Assembly (NCBI RefSeq): GCF_006345805.1
Contig: NC_043006.1
Coordinates: 74,090,001 to 74,154,000 of the forward strand
Reading direction: 5' to 3'
Source of the DNA: Octopus sinensis
Lineage: Eukaryota
Length of the DNA: 64,000 nucleotides
Of this stretch, positions 40,253-52,864 are shown in pieces (within the stretch, counting starts at the first letter, position 1; every line of letters begins with the position of its first letter). Both the position numbers and the translations under genes were made by a program. The notes below the pieces were generated by a model. The model worked only from the letters and a program-made list of their open reading frames with translations. It was not told where the DNA came from and did no database searches.

Positions 40253-40445
40253 AGTGTGTGTATGTGTCTTTGCGTCTGTGTTTGTCGCCCACAACTGCTT
40301 TATGCGTACGCACCATTTCATGTAGCAGTTCGGCAAAAATAAAACAGATTAAGTACCAAGCTTTAAAACAAAGGTGTGGTATCGATTCATTCGACTAAAA
40401 TCCTACAAGGTGGTGCCCGAGCCTGAGCGCGGTCTAATGACTTTT
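40080..40445 (+). mobile_element. SINE group C, diverged
   Basis: Same two-part architecture around a microsatellite. Confidence 0.7.
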
Positions 40446-40519
40446 GCATAGTTTTAGCTTTGGAATGATGCTACATAGCTGGTTAGGTGAACAAAACAAC
40501 ATTCACCCTGACCAGAAGG

Positions 40520-40712
40520 CTGGTCTGTTGCAGAGTAACCTCTTTACAGCTGAGTGGACTGGAGCAACGTAAAAAAGAGTTATTTCGGTCAAGAACAGCA
40601 TGCGCCTCCCTGTCCTGGAATCGAACCCACGATCTAGCGATCATGTCTGCAGTACCACACACGATCTAGCGATCATGTCTGCAGTACCACAACAACTAGG
40701 CCACGCGCTGCA
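40520..40712 (-). mobile_element. SINE head-B2 type with an exact 32-bp tandem duplication
   Basis: cacgatctagcgatcatgtctgcagtaccaca at 40628-59 and 40660-91. Confidence 0.7.
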
Positions 40713-41330
40713 TATATGACTGTTAGGTTATCGAAAGAACTTAATCTCGGTCTGCTATAAATAGTGTTCCTATGGTACCGCTGCTGTGATATATTATGTA
40801 TTCTCAATTGGCTACTGAAATATGAAGAGGACTAGTTATTTGTGTTTCTGTTGGCATATTTACGATGATTAAAGTCTACCTCTATAGCGAGAAACATCAA
40901 TGTTTCCTATTATTTATAAATGTTTACATATTTTCTCCTTCTCTATTGCATTGGAAAAGATTTATGTCTATTTAGGTATATGATTATCTTATCAAATGTA
41001 TTAAGTTGCGACTGTCAAATACTACTGTCGGTCTATTTCCTTTTCCATTAGTTTTGTTAAGAAAAGGTAACATAGGGAGCAAGAGGGATGTAATTATTGA
41101 AAACTGCATAAAGAAGAAGAATATAAGTGAATCTATGCATTTAACGACTCAATATAAAATAGAAATACAAAATGTTATTAAAACATTGAAGTTTCTTCAG
41201 AGGTGGCTTTCCAATCCGTGTGAAACTGTACGCGTAACATTAAAATAGCTTCAGGAGAAAGTTACAGAGAAAGCATCATCATTTTATCCATATATATATA
41301 TATATATTATATATATATATAGATATATAT

Positions 41331-41375
<45 letters not shown>

Positions 41376-41500
41376 CCACTGGTCGACATTCTTTCTCTCT
41401 CGTCGTCCACTATAATCCAGCGTTTGCATTACTTTTTTCGTCTGGCGTAAACAGCCCTTCTTATCTTGTTCTCCTTGTCCCTGTCTCTCACTGTTATATA

Positions 41501-41600
41501 NNNNNNNNNNNNNNNNNNNNNNNNNNNNNNNNNNNNNNNNNNNNNNNNNNNNNNNNNNNNNNNNNNNNNNNNNNNNNNNNNNNNNNNNNNNNNNNNNNNN
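41501..41600. other. Assembly gap (100 N)
   Basis: Run of exactly 100 n. Confidence 1.
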
Positions 41601-41853
41601 TAATGTTAAAGAGAGCGGGGCCATTTGAGGTGAAATAATTGTGCCGTATTGTTGTTATGAGATGAGAGTGCGATTTTTGTTTTGGGCGGATGGCACGGGG
41701 CCCAAGCCTTGGATGTACCTTAAAGGTGATGCCAACATCATTTGGGCAATGCTGATGGAATACTTTCCACATCATGCAGATGATGTAGCGCTCACGACGA
41801 CGTTGGAGAGAATAAAGTTTTAGCGTTTCTAGTCGACCCCAATAGTCGAGGCT
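41601..41853 (-). mobile_element. C-terminal fragment of the same LINE family, cut by the assembly gap
   Basis: [29 protein letters not shown]...GPALFNI. Confidence 0.85.
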
Positions 41854-42017
41854 ATATATATATATGTATATATATATATACGTATATATATATATATATA
41901 TACGTATATATATATATATATATGCATATATATATGTATATATACATGTATATATATATATATGTATATATATATGTATATATACATGTATATATATATA
42001 TGTATATATATGTATAT

Positions 42018-42063
<46 letters not shown>

Positions 42064-42095
42064 GTATATATATGTGTGTATATATATGTATATAT
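41853..42095. repeat. (TA)n/(TATG) microsatellite
   Basis: Seen directly. Similar tracts occur at 2600-2720, 2830-3000, 7590-7655, 8080-8345, 10310-10485, 18945-19015 (AAT), 37040-37510 and 46370-46420. Confidence 0.95.
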
Positions 42096-43024
42096 GAAAG
42101 TAATAGCAGAAATATATATTTTTGAAATCCTTTCGATATAATTGATTTGCCATTGATAGATACGCACGTGAAAACCTGACAATTAAAATGGTAAAAATGA
42201 ATAAAATGCAAATGAGATAATTAGTTATATGTGTCTCATTTATAAATGTTAAGTGGATATTAATTGATGAGAAACCATAAACATCACCATCGTATATGCA
42301 ACGTTTATCTAAATATAAATTTAAATGCATGCTTAACATTTGTTACTGCAAGTAACTTTAATTTACATGCTTTCAAACTTTTATAGATACCAAAAATGAA
42401 GCAAATTAATTAATTATATCACGCCAAACAATTAACCAAAAAGCTTTGTAATTTCATGTAATATAAATTGGCATTAAACTATACCTAACATGTAATTTAA
42501 GTAGTAAATTTTCTGTTTAGAGAAAATATCAAGTGGCGTAACGTAATATCTTGTAGGCGTTGATTTCTGAAATGGTAAATATTACATTAGAAACGGCTGG
42601 AAGCTAATTATGCCTGTCTGATATTTCATTTGTTGTTAGTGTTCTTTGTTTATTTCTGTTTAAATCGAATATAACTGCAGTTGCGTCTATCTAAATTTGT
42701 AATATTATGATTACATTGACCCAGCAGCAGCTTCTGAGCCATTATTCGCACATTATAGCCTGACTAGGAAAATATAGACGTAGAACGTCATAGATTTCTA
42801 AGAGCATATAGAAAGTCAGTTTCGGTTTGTATACCAGTTTCAGTATTTTGCTTATTAATTTCAGCTTTATATATTTAAATCGACCTTCACAACAACATAC
42901 AATGAGAAAGAAAAAAAAACAATCATCATTGGCATATATGTAGTGCAATACTTACGTTTTTTTTCATTCCTGCCTTACTCAAACCATGGCCAAAATTAGA
43001 TTATATATATACTATAAATGTATT

Positions 43025-43232
43025 ACGGAGATGTACTCGCATAGCAAGTAATTTGATCTGAGATCGTGTGCTGAAACGAAAACAATTGCAGCGTGGAAGG
43101 TGTTTGTAAGCCATTTAAGAAACACACAAAAGCCGTTCGATTCACTTCAACATTTAAGTTTAATTTGTCAAAATATTTTCGTCGCTACAATCCGCGACCT
43201 GTTCACTGACAAAAATCCATGCTGCATGTTGT
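43025..43232 (-). mobile_element. ~210-bp hammerhead-bearing insertion (Penelope terminal-repeat-like)
   Basis: Flanked by the direct repeat tataaatgtatt (43013-24 and 43233-44, with a third copy at 43257-68); contains the G3-C8 hammerhead. Confidence 0.55.
43164..43213 (-). ncRNA. Type I hammerhead ribozyme variant with G3-C8 core swap
   Basis: Minus strand: tttgtca-GTGAACA-g-gtcgc-ggattgta-gcgac-GAA-AATATT-T-tgacaaa. 7-bp stem I, 5-bp stem II, palindromic stem III, UUU cleavage triplet. Confidence 0.7.
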
Positions 43233-44299
43233 TATAAATGTATTGTGCTGTGTTGTTATAAATGTATTGTTTATCAATTAATCAACTGTTTAATTATTTT
43301 TTTCTTTCTAATCTAGTTTTATGTCAGTGGAATATTTTCATCCTTTATGCATAGTTATCGTATTGCTGTCAGTATATTTAACTACTAATGTGCCATTAAT
43401 TTGATTCTTTATAATTAATAATATTAATTTTCAGTTTTTTCCTACCACTAAAGGAAATACTTATTTGAAAGTTGAATTTATGATTCGGAAATGCGCAACT
43501 TACGCTAATATAAAATTCCTAATCTTTCCAAAATGTTGCAACACCAGACAAGACATTGGATGATATAGTATCACAAGAGCCTATTATTTGCAACATTCTC
43601 CGGTATATTGAGCTTTCTTTTAATTCCATAAATCACTGCAGTATTTGATTTGCAATGAATTAAAAATTTTGTAGTGCTTCAAAAGCTTATCCTATATACA
43701 GGGTTACACATCTTGTTATAACGAAGGTAATTGGATTTCAATCACTAAATTTGAAACAAACGCTATTTTGTATAAATACAATTCACTGAATAAGTTTAGA
43801 AAAGTATTAAGTTGTTTGCCATAATGGAGTTTGAATGTCCTCTGAAGTACACGCATTTATATTACATTAATTCAACATTAAGTATACTGGCAGCTAAACC
43901 TGAAGCAGATCTGGGGCTGATGACTGATTTATACCATTGATGACTGATTTATTGACCGAACAATTTATAGAACAATCGATTAGTTAATTAGCTTCATGCT
44001 CAATTACCCAAATAAAAATAATAAAAAAGTGAAATAGAACATATGCATATATTTATTATTAGTATAATGACCCTCTCGAGATACAAAGAAATAAAATCTA
44101 CAGTTGTGTCACTTGCTCTCACATATTTATACATCAACTCTCAAGCTACTTCTTGAAGCTTCGAAATATATGAACTGTTGTTGTATTAAACAGAATCACG
44201 CTCATAATGCATTATCAGCTCTATAAATAAAATGTAAACTATTGAAGACAGATGTGACTACGTTTATAATATAATTTATTAAACAGTGTAGTAATCATT

Positions 44300-44931
44300 A
44301 ATTCTACTCCCGGCACAATACCTTGAATTTTGGGAGGGGGAGAGGAGGATATGCGATTACATCGACCCCCAGTGCATAACAGGTACTTATTTCGTCGACC
44401 CCGAAATGATGAACGGTAACGTCGACCTCGGTGGAATTTGAACTCAGAACGTAGCAGCATACGAAATACCGCTAGGCATTTCGCCCGGCCTACTAACGAT
44501 TCTGCCAGCTCGCCAGCTTAACACTGTATTAATATTTTTTCTACACTAGGCAGAATGCCTGAAATTTTGGGAGAGGGGGCCAGTCGATTAGATCGATCTC
44601 AGTACGCAACTGGTACTTAATTTATCAACATCGAATGGATGAAAGGCAAAGTCGACCTCGTCAGAATTTGAAATCGGAACTTAAAGATAGATGAAATACC
44701 TATTTCTTTACTAGCCACAACGGGCTAAACACGGAGAGGACAAACGAGGACAGACAAACGGATTAAGTCGATTATATCGACCCCAGTGCATAACTAGTAC
44801 TTATTTCGTCGACCCCGAAAGGATGAACGACAAAGTCGAACTCAGCGGAATTTGAACTCAGAACGTAGCAGCAGACGAAGTACCGATAAGCATTTCGCCC
44901 GGCCTACTAACGATTCTGCCAGCTCGCAGCC
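44300..44931 (-). mobile_element. SINE group A cluster (dimer plus monomer)
   Basis: Same junction at 44699/700; heads at 44931 and 44517, each preceded by the same 14-bp flank (1 mismatch). Confidence 0.85.
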
Positions 44932-46371
44932 TTAACACTATATTAGTATCGCCGAAGGATGAATAATTTGACTTTTGAGGAACATTTGAACAATTTGATT
45001 AATACAGAAATGGTGCACACAAGAAAATTTTATTAGATTAAATACTTTTAGGAAAAGCAGTTTTAATATTACATTGACCCAGTCGTAATAAGTAGCATAA
45101 AAAGTATCTTGTAGTGTTTAATTCCTGGCCTTTACACTCTGGGTTCAAATCAGGATGAGTTAAAAGTTGCTTTTCATTCTTCTTCTGTGTGTTGATAACA
45201 TGAAGTACTGTTCCTTGTTTCCAAATTTCTTGCCTTGTGCCTTTTCAAGGAATAAATATTTTAATCAAATAGTGACATAATGTTTACAGAGTCATGTAGA
45301 ATACTTTAATTAGTGTTCTTTGTAGTTTTTCATTTCTAAATATTACAGAGTAATAGAGAAAATGCCGGTTTCTAACATAGATCCAAGACACCTTCATTGA
45401 AATGTCAACATTAACAACAGGGTATGTATGTGTGTGTGTGTATATACATACGTGTGTGTATGTGTGTACGTGTGTATGTATATACATACGTGTGTGTGTG
45501 TGTGATATAGACTGAAAAATGAAGCAATATGAAGTAACATATTTTTCAGTACAAATATAAAATTTAACTCTATCAAATATCAGACAGAATCCCTTTTCAC
45601 CTTTGCTTTTGGGTCACTCATTTCATATTATAAGCTATTTCCAGGTTAGAAAATTGAAATAGACTTAGAATACTAACAAAAGAAAATAATGAAAATGTGT
45701 CTCCTGCAGACAATGTAGAACACACAGAAAACCTATGAACGTATATATTAGATTAGACTGTTAATAAAAAAATTATATTACATTGTCTTATCCCTTATAT
45801 AATACAATGGTGCAACAGAATAATTGTTGGTTAGACTACCAATGATTTGGAGTATTATTGTAATTACGAGTCTGTTATGTCCTGTAATTAGCTTAAGTCA
45901 TATGAATAAACATTTCAGGTTGAAAACGAGAATTTCTATTGTCATTTAATTTTCTGTATCATAAAGTGGGTATTATATTAATAAAGGAAATATTTACACG
46001 TTATGAGTATTTTCTATATCTGATCGATTTTGAAACTAGCTATAAGTACCACAAATTAAATACAAACTTGTAATTGAAAACTAGAAAATTAAAAAGTTTT
46101 CAAGGTGACATCAATTGTAGATCATTCTAATTTTAGACACATTTAGGCAACAACAGTATCATATTGTATTAGATTTAAAATTGAAAAATACATAAGCAAC
46201 AAAATGGAATTAGATTATATTGCAGGTAGTAAATACCATTTACGATGTGTATCTATATCTATCTATCTATCTATCTATCTATATATTCATACACACACAC
46301 ACATACTTATATACATGCACATAAATATATACGCACATATGTGCATGCGTGTATGTAGAGTTGTGCATGTA

Positions 46372-46421
<50 letters not shown>

Positions 46422-46709
46422 GATGTGTATGTATGTGTGTGTGTGTTTGCCTGTATGTCAAGTTGTATACGAAAAGTATATAAGATGACACAAATTGTAT
46501 ATTTTTGAATTTATACAAGGAAAAATTGGAAGTAACTTTAAAATTTCCACTCGCTCACCGTCATCAGGCTGTGAATGACTATCACTTCCATAGTAGGTTA
46601 GAAAGTTTTTTTTCCCTTTGGTTTATTTTGTCTGTTGGCTACATGCAAGCCAAAACTTCTAAATTGCTGTCAACATTTACCCTGTATAATTTACATATAT
46701 ATTTATGCG

Positions 46710-46940
46710 TCTTTTATCTTTTAATTGTTTCAGTCATTTTAGAATGCGGCCATGTATTTTTAGTCCAATGAATAGACACTGGTACTTATTCTTTAAGCCT
46801 GGTACTTACCCAATCGGTCTCTTTTACCGAACCGCTACGTTACGGGGCCATAAACACACCAACACCGGTTTTCAAGCATTAACATGGGCAGGGGAAAAAC
46901 ACAGATAAAAAGACACAACACACATATATAAATATATATA

Positions 46941-46986
<46 letters not shown>

Positions 46987-47137
46987 GACAGGCTTCTTTC
47001 AGTTTCCGTCTACCAAATTCACTCACATGACTTTGGTCGGCCCGAGGCTATGGTTGAAGACACGTAACCAAGATGCCATGCAGCAGGTCTTAAATCGGAA
47101 CCATGTAGTTGGGAAGCAAGCTTTTTACCACACAGCG
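46710..47137 (-). mobile_element. SINE group C
   Basis: Both halves present around a (TA)n tract. Confidence 0.8.
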
Positions 47138-47159
47138 TCTTGATAATGGTTTTCTGAGA

Positions 47160-47880
47160 CATGTCCTCAGCTGCTCAGATGATACAAAAGTTTCTCAGAG
47201 AATACAGAACCCTGAAGATGTTGCACATCAGCAACAGGAGTTTCAGTTGGACGCAATAAAGACGTGGATTGAGGAAAATAGCATGCAGCTTAATACTGGA
47301 AAATTCCAAGCCCTGTGCTACCAACATATGAAACTGAATAAAATGCAGAGAGGATATACAGGCCCAGGATGGATTACCTATTCCTGAATTTAAATCAGTA
47401 CACCCAAATATGGTCACTATAGAGAGTAAAATTAACGACGGAACCCGAAGCAATCCAACGAAACTACACAAAAGAAATAATCTCAATAAGGCGTGTTAGC
47501 TACTGGGAGAGACTGAAAATTCTAAGACTCTAGTCACAAAACGGAAAAATATATGCTGTGATATTTATCTGGAGAATCCCAGAAATTGCACCAACATTTG
47601 GCATGGTACATACTGTCAAAAATCCCAACATTGCTATCAAGATACAGGACCAAATGATGCAACAGGTTGGGTTTCAAGTGTCTACAGGTTTTCAATATCT
47701 TCCCACAAAACCTGAGATGTACATGAAGTGGATGGAGACGTCTTCAAAACAAAACTGGTTCTCGTCCGTCCTGACGAGAATTCTGGATGAGTCTACCTCG
47801 TGGCAAGAAACGCAGATGAGAACAGCAAATTCAAACTCCCTCAGCCACCAAGAGATTTCGTGCAAGTGTAGCGAAACTAG
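47160..47880 (+). mobile_element. Degenerate 3' part of the same LINE family
   Basis: SDDTKVSQRIQNPED...WIEENSMQLNTGKFQAL, then SYWERLKIL-like and ILDESTSWQETQMRTANSNSL C-terminal motifs, broken by frameshifts and deletions. Confidence 0.85.
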
Positions 47881-49164
47881 TAAGAAAAGATGTGTATATG
47901 TATGTATGTTCTTGAGTAGAATCATGAAGCACTGACTGAGAGTGAATATGTTCATAGCCATTTGAAATATGTTTGAAATATATATGATTACGTAATAGGC
48001 TTTTCATTGCAGTTCGTTATGTATAAAATTGTACACTCATAATTTTCGCTAAATTGTCAAATTTGTCTATGGTGTTTTGACACCTTTTTGTCTTAAGCGA
48101 GAATGTTTTGTCTTTTCTCCATGATAAACTGCAGTGATATAAATTTTATTGGTTCAAGTATCGATGACGTGTACTTTTCCTTTTCACCAGTCACAAAGTT
48201 TCATACTTTTAGAAACTAAAAATAATGGTCGGTGCTATACTCAGAAGTGTTCTCTCTGCTTTACGTGACACAAATGAAGTTTACACATTTCAACCCGATT
48301 CGAAATTGTTTTGGACGTTTTCAGATGTAGTTTGTTTAGCACAGCCTGTGGTATAGCCCTTGGTAACAAAACGACAATAATAAAAGGGTAGGTCTGATTA
48401 TTCCAATGAATTAAACACCAGAAATATCTAAAATAGGTTTAGATGTTATGATAAAGATAAATTACAATAGATGATTACACAAAAGTAGATATTAGCTTTG
48501 GACGAGATGACTGCGTTTAACTCCCTTCTGCCATTGAATCTATGAAAGCATAGAGTTAATGACCTTAACAAGGATAGGACCCCCGCCCAATAGCATCTCT
48601 CACTCGTTAGAAAACATAGGTCTTGTACCTATTCAGAAATCGGTGTCAGAATTGCAATGAATGTAATATAAATTAGCAGATTTTATTCAATGGTGACTTA
48701 ATGAAGCCATTGAAAAACATTGAAATCCATACATAAATACGCGTTCTTTATTTCTTTATTCTCTAAAACCGAGCAGGTACGGAATTGTACTTTCGCATGC
48801 TAAAGCCTAGGAATGTTTTGTTTAGCTGTCCAATAACTATTGTTATTTAACCCCAGGGCAATCCTAATCCAATCCTAATCAAAAACAATCCAACGTTGAA
48901 TATCACATACTTATTTCCTTCAGAAATAGTTTAATTCTCTTGCCTAGAGAATAAAACTTATTTAGGGGGAACTATGGATAGTATTTCTATGAAGGAAAAC
49001 GACGACGTTGAGGCTTTTCCCTTTGAATGTTCAATAATTGTAATATATATTGGAACTAAATTTCTATTAATCACATTATTGTAACATACAATCCAGTAAT
49101 ATTCAAACAAGTTCAATTTTTCAATCTCTTATAATTGAAAAATTGATAATCAAATTATATATTG

Positions 49165-49583
49165 GGATCTTTTCGGTTTGAACGGCAGTTTGTTCTAGCG
49201 GTGTCATATGAATTTTTCACCCATAATTATGACCCTAGAATCGATCTGTTGCATTTCAATCTATGTTAGGGTTAGGGTTCGTTAGAGTTGGTTAGGAGTG
49301 GGGGAAGGTTTTTTTTCTTTCTTCACAAATGTAAATAAACCCAATCTGTTTCTTAAACGAGGGACATATTCATACAGCACAGAATGCTTTTTAACTCAAT
49401 AGACGTCACTGATTGGTTGAAATTGCAGAAATTGAAGAAAAAACAACAAATATCTTACAAACTATAGAATTTTCTCAATAAAGCCAAGAGAAAAGGATGT
49501 TTTATAAATACATTCTACCAGTATACGAAGTTAAAATTTTTTTAGTTACCTAGAAATTATGTTTAAAACTGCCGAAAAGATCC
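49165..49583. mobile_element. Independent copy of the GGATC MITE
   Basis: Same TIR and interior; right TIR lacks 9 bp; TSD atatattg/aaatattg (1 mismatch). Confidence 0.8.
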
Positions 49584-50280
49584 AAATATTGATATTTAAA
49601 ACTTTAACTCAATTTTAATTCGTATTGAATAAAATGAAAATGAAAGCCTCTAGAGGAACGTTATTTCCAAAATAAAACAGTCTGTTTGATGTGACAGTGT
49701 TAATGAAACACCACAAGGAAAGTATCAGTATCGTCAGTTTTTTGTGTGAGAATCATATTAATTCTTTCATAAATTCTTTCAAATATAATATTTGTATTAT
49801 TGCTGAAAGTTACACGTTTGTTGTTTTCATATCTGAAAAAGTTTACTTGTATCTCAACAAGTCATTATAAAAAAAAAATAACACACTCACGCAGAAACTC
49901 CTGGAGAGTCACATACGGAGATGTGCGTGCGTGCGAGCACGTGAGAGTATGGTACGATCGATGGTTGTGTATTTGTATACAAACACCATGCATGCATGTA
50001 TGGCATTCATACACATTGGAAGCCGCTAGCTTTTGCGATAGAGCTTTTATTATAACAATAACCTAATGAGGACACTCGTTATTCAGATATCAGCATATTT
50101 TAATATACATATTTCTTATATATGTATAATAACGTTATATATCTATTTGTAAAATAGACAGCATTCAATAACACGCATACACATGGTACTAAGTACATAG
50201 GTCCAAATATAACGACACATAAATGCACACTTACAGTTGTATATATCTTACATAGACATGTCTTGTTCATGTATTTTTAT

Positions 50281-50320
<40 letters not shown>

Positions 50321-50595
50321 GGTGTGGGTGTGTTTGTGCATGCACGCGTTGCTTTATGCAGTCTTTCATTAAAGATGTATTATTTTACTCCGTCAATAAA
50401 ACGAGGAAAAAGATTTTGTTTCAGGGTCTAGAAATGCAATGGAAATAATTTTGTGGGCAAAGTGGTTTGTTTTTAATAGTACGTCGGTCGAAGCATGTTA
50501 TTTTTCTTGCGCTGTAATTAAATAATTTCGCAGAATTTAAGGTGGTCGGTAATGATTAAAAACTATTCTATACTTAAATAATTCACCTATATTAA

Positions 50596-50803
50596 GGCGG
50601 CGAGCTGGCCGAATCGGTAGCACGCCGGGCGACATGCTTTGCTGTATTTCGTCTGCCGTTACGTTCTGAGTTCAAATTCCACCGAGGTCGACTTCACCTT
50701 TCATCCTTTCGGGGTCGATTAAATAAGTACCAGTTACGCATTGAGGTCGATCTAATCGACTAGCCCTATCTCCCAAAATTTCGGGCCTAGAGCAGAAAAG
50801 AAT
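50596..50803 (+). mobile_element. SINE group A, full length, tail 1
   Basis: ggcggcgagctggcc...gagcagaaaagaat. Confidence 0.85.
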
Positions 50804-51609
50804 GTTTTATAATATATTTTACGATGTTCGTGATATACAGAAGCAATAAATGCTTTTTAATTTATTTTATAGCTTTCATTAGTTTAGAGTTGCTAACTAA
50901 AGAACTACTATCAGTTTTCTACCATTTAATCAACACAGTCTTGCAAAAATAGTCATACGAATATAGAAAAGTGATTGGGTGCAATAAGATCTTCTTTTTG
51001 TGCATTTAGAATATTTCTATTTCAAGAATTAGATTAATTATTTCATTAAAACAATTGTTTGTTGATATTAATTAATTATTCAGTTACTACTAATAAGCAC
51101 GTAGAATTAGTCCACACGCTCATTAATGTACAATCAATCAAACATATTGCTTTATGCGTATTTTAATAGTTTTTAAAACTGATATGTACTAGTGGGCTCC
51201 GTGGAACTGTCAGAGTTGTTGAGAATAAGAATCGCCATAAGCAATAGCTCAGTATTTATTCCGGATCTCTGCGGTCTGTGTTCAAATCTCATCGAAGTCA
51301 TCTTTGCCTTTCGGGGTGGATAAATTATTTCCACTCCAAGGTGATAGGTAGTTATACACCTGATGAGATAGCTTGCGGTACCTATTCTCTTATTATTTTC
51401 TGAAAATAATGCCTGGTACCAAATAACATCAGCCTTAAAATGATGACCATTCTTTTGGAAAATTTCAATGGGGTCCAAAGAAAGATCTTGTTTTCATGGG
51501 GCAATATCTATCTTCCATAACAATATTTCCTACATCTGGGCACACAGATGCAAATAAATAGTGAACCTTTACTGACAGAGGGCTCTTATTTCAATATTCC
51601 AACCGTTCA

Positions 51610-51990
51610 TTTTAGTTGTCCGCTGTTCCTGGGGATGTCGTGGGTGTTGAGCCCTACGGCCCCTTCCTCTACAGAAGCAACTGTCTTTACATTTACCCGA
51701 GGGATTCGTGTGTCCAACTGAGACTATGGATAGTATCTGCGACCTTGCTTAAGGTCTAAGCCTAGGTCACCTGATGTTTGGCCTGCAGTGAGGAATCTGT
51801 TTTACGATCCTTTCCTGCAACATTTTAACCATATGTCCGCAATACCAGCGTTGTGGCTTCTCATTGCAGATAAGTAGAGGTTCGGACTGGAGAGATTCCC
51901 TAATCTCCGAGATACACACCATGTCGAGTAACGTAACCTTATACTGAATGCAAAAAATTTGCAACAGTATACTTTTTGAAGTCTTCGAAT
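51610..51990 (-). mobile_element. RTE-clade LINE C-terminal fragment
   Basis: VTLLDMVCISEIRESLQSEPLL..QRWYCGHMVKMLQERIVKQI..RPNIR*PRLRP parallels the RTE motifs VTLLDRVRSSEIRESL, LRWFGHV.RM and RPRGRP. Confidence 0.7.
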
Positions 51991-52351
51991 TTCGTACGTA
52001 ATATAAGGTAGTTTCAAGTATAAACAACTTGCTACCCTTTCGTGTCCGATTTCGTTCAACAGTTAATCTTAACATAACTTATAACAGACATTGTGACAAA
52101 AGGTATAATATTACCGATGGATTATACATTAAAGTTAACGTTACACATATTTGATCTTACTGTTAGTCAGCTGGTAACTTGTCAATCCCTGGACCAAAAT
52201 AAATACTTTGCCACCATTACTCGAAGGTGCCTTAATTTTATGGTTGTTACGCACATGTTTGCATTTCCTAACAACACAAACACACACACACGCACGCGCG
52301 CACACGCACACACATACACACACTCACACACACACACACGCTTATGCATTC

Positions 52352-52715
52352 TATTCTTTTATTCTTTTATTTGTTTCAGTCATTTGACTGCGCCTATGCT
52401 GGGGCATCGCTTTTAATCGAACAATCGACACCAGGACTTATTCTTTGTAAGCTTATTCTATCGGTCTCTTTTACCTAACAGCTATGTTACGGGGACGTAA
52501 ACACACCAACATCGGTTGCCAAGTGATGTTGGGGAGACAAACACACACATAAATATGTATGCGACGAGCTTCTTTCAGTTTCCGTCAACCAAATCCACTC
52601 ACAAGTCTTTGGTCGGCCCGAGGCAATAGTAGAAGACACGTGCCCAAGTTACCACGCAGTGGGACTGAACCCAGATCCATTTGATTGGTAAGCAAGTTTC
52701 TTACCACACCAGCCT
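52352..52715 (-). mobile_element. SINE group C
   Basis: Both halves present; the head abuts the Penelope-like fragment. Confidence 0.8.
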
Positions 52716-52728
52716 ACATCCACCAGCT

Positions 52729-52864
52729 TACCCTCCAGCCTTCATCAGTTCGAAATTTCCCCAAGACTCCTGATGAAGGCTGGAGGGTATATCAGCCGAA
52801 ACGTTGTGTTAACAACAAACAAGATGAGGACAAATATCTATCAATTGTAAATAATGTAAATAAT
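52729..52864 (+). mobile_element. Penelope-like terminal fragment with inverted 5' duplication
   Basis: 20-bp perfect inverted repeat 52729-48/52770-89 followed by a hammerhead-like motif and an AT-rich tail. Confidence 0.55.
52765..52810 (+). ncRNA. Hammerhead-like motif (CTGATGAAGG...CCGAAACGTT variant)
   Basis: CTGATGA 52770-76, extra A, stem II ggctg/cagcc, GAAAC-GTT; stem I gactc/gtgtt has one mismatch. Confidence 0.55.

Noticed and set aside
46535-46575. ctgatga...gaaa on the minus strand
   Set aside because: No credible stem II, stem III or stem I pairing.
47765-47815. ctgacgag...gaaac on the plus strand
   Set aside because: It lies in the coding C-terminus of the LINE and the stems do not form.
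49265-49300. TTAGGG telomere-like repeats (also near 55153 and 61046)
   Set aside because: Only about two units, and they are an internal part of the GGATC MITE.
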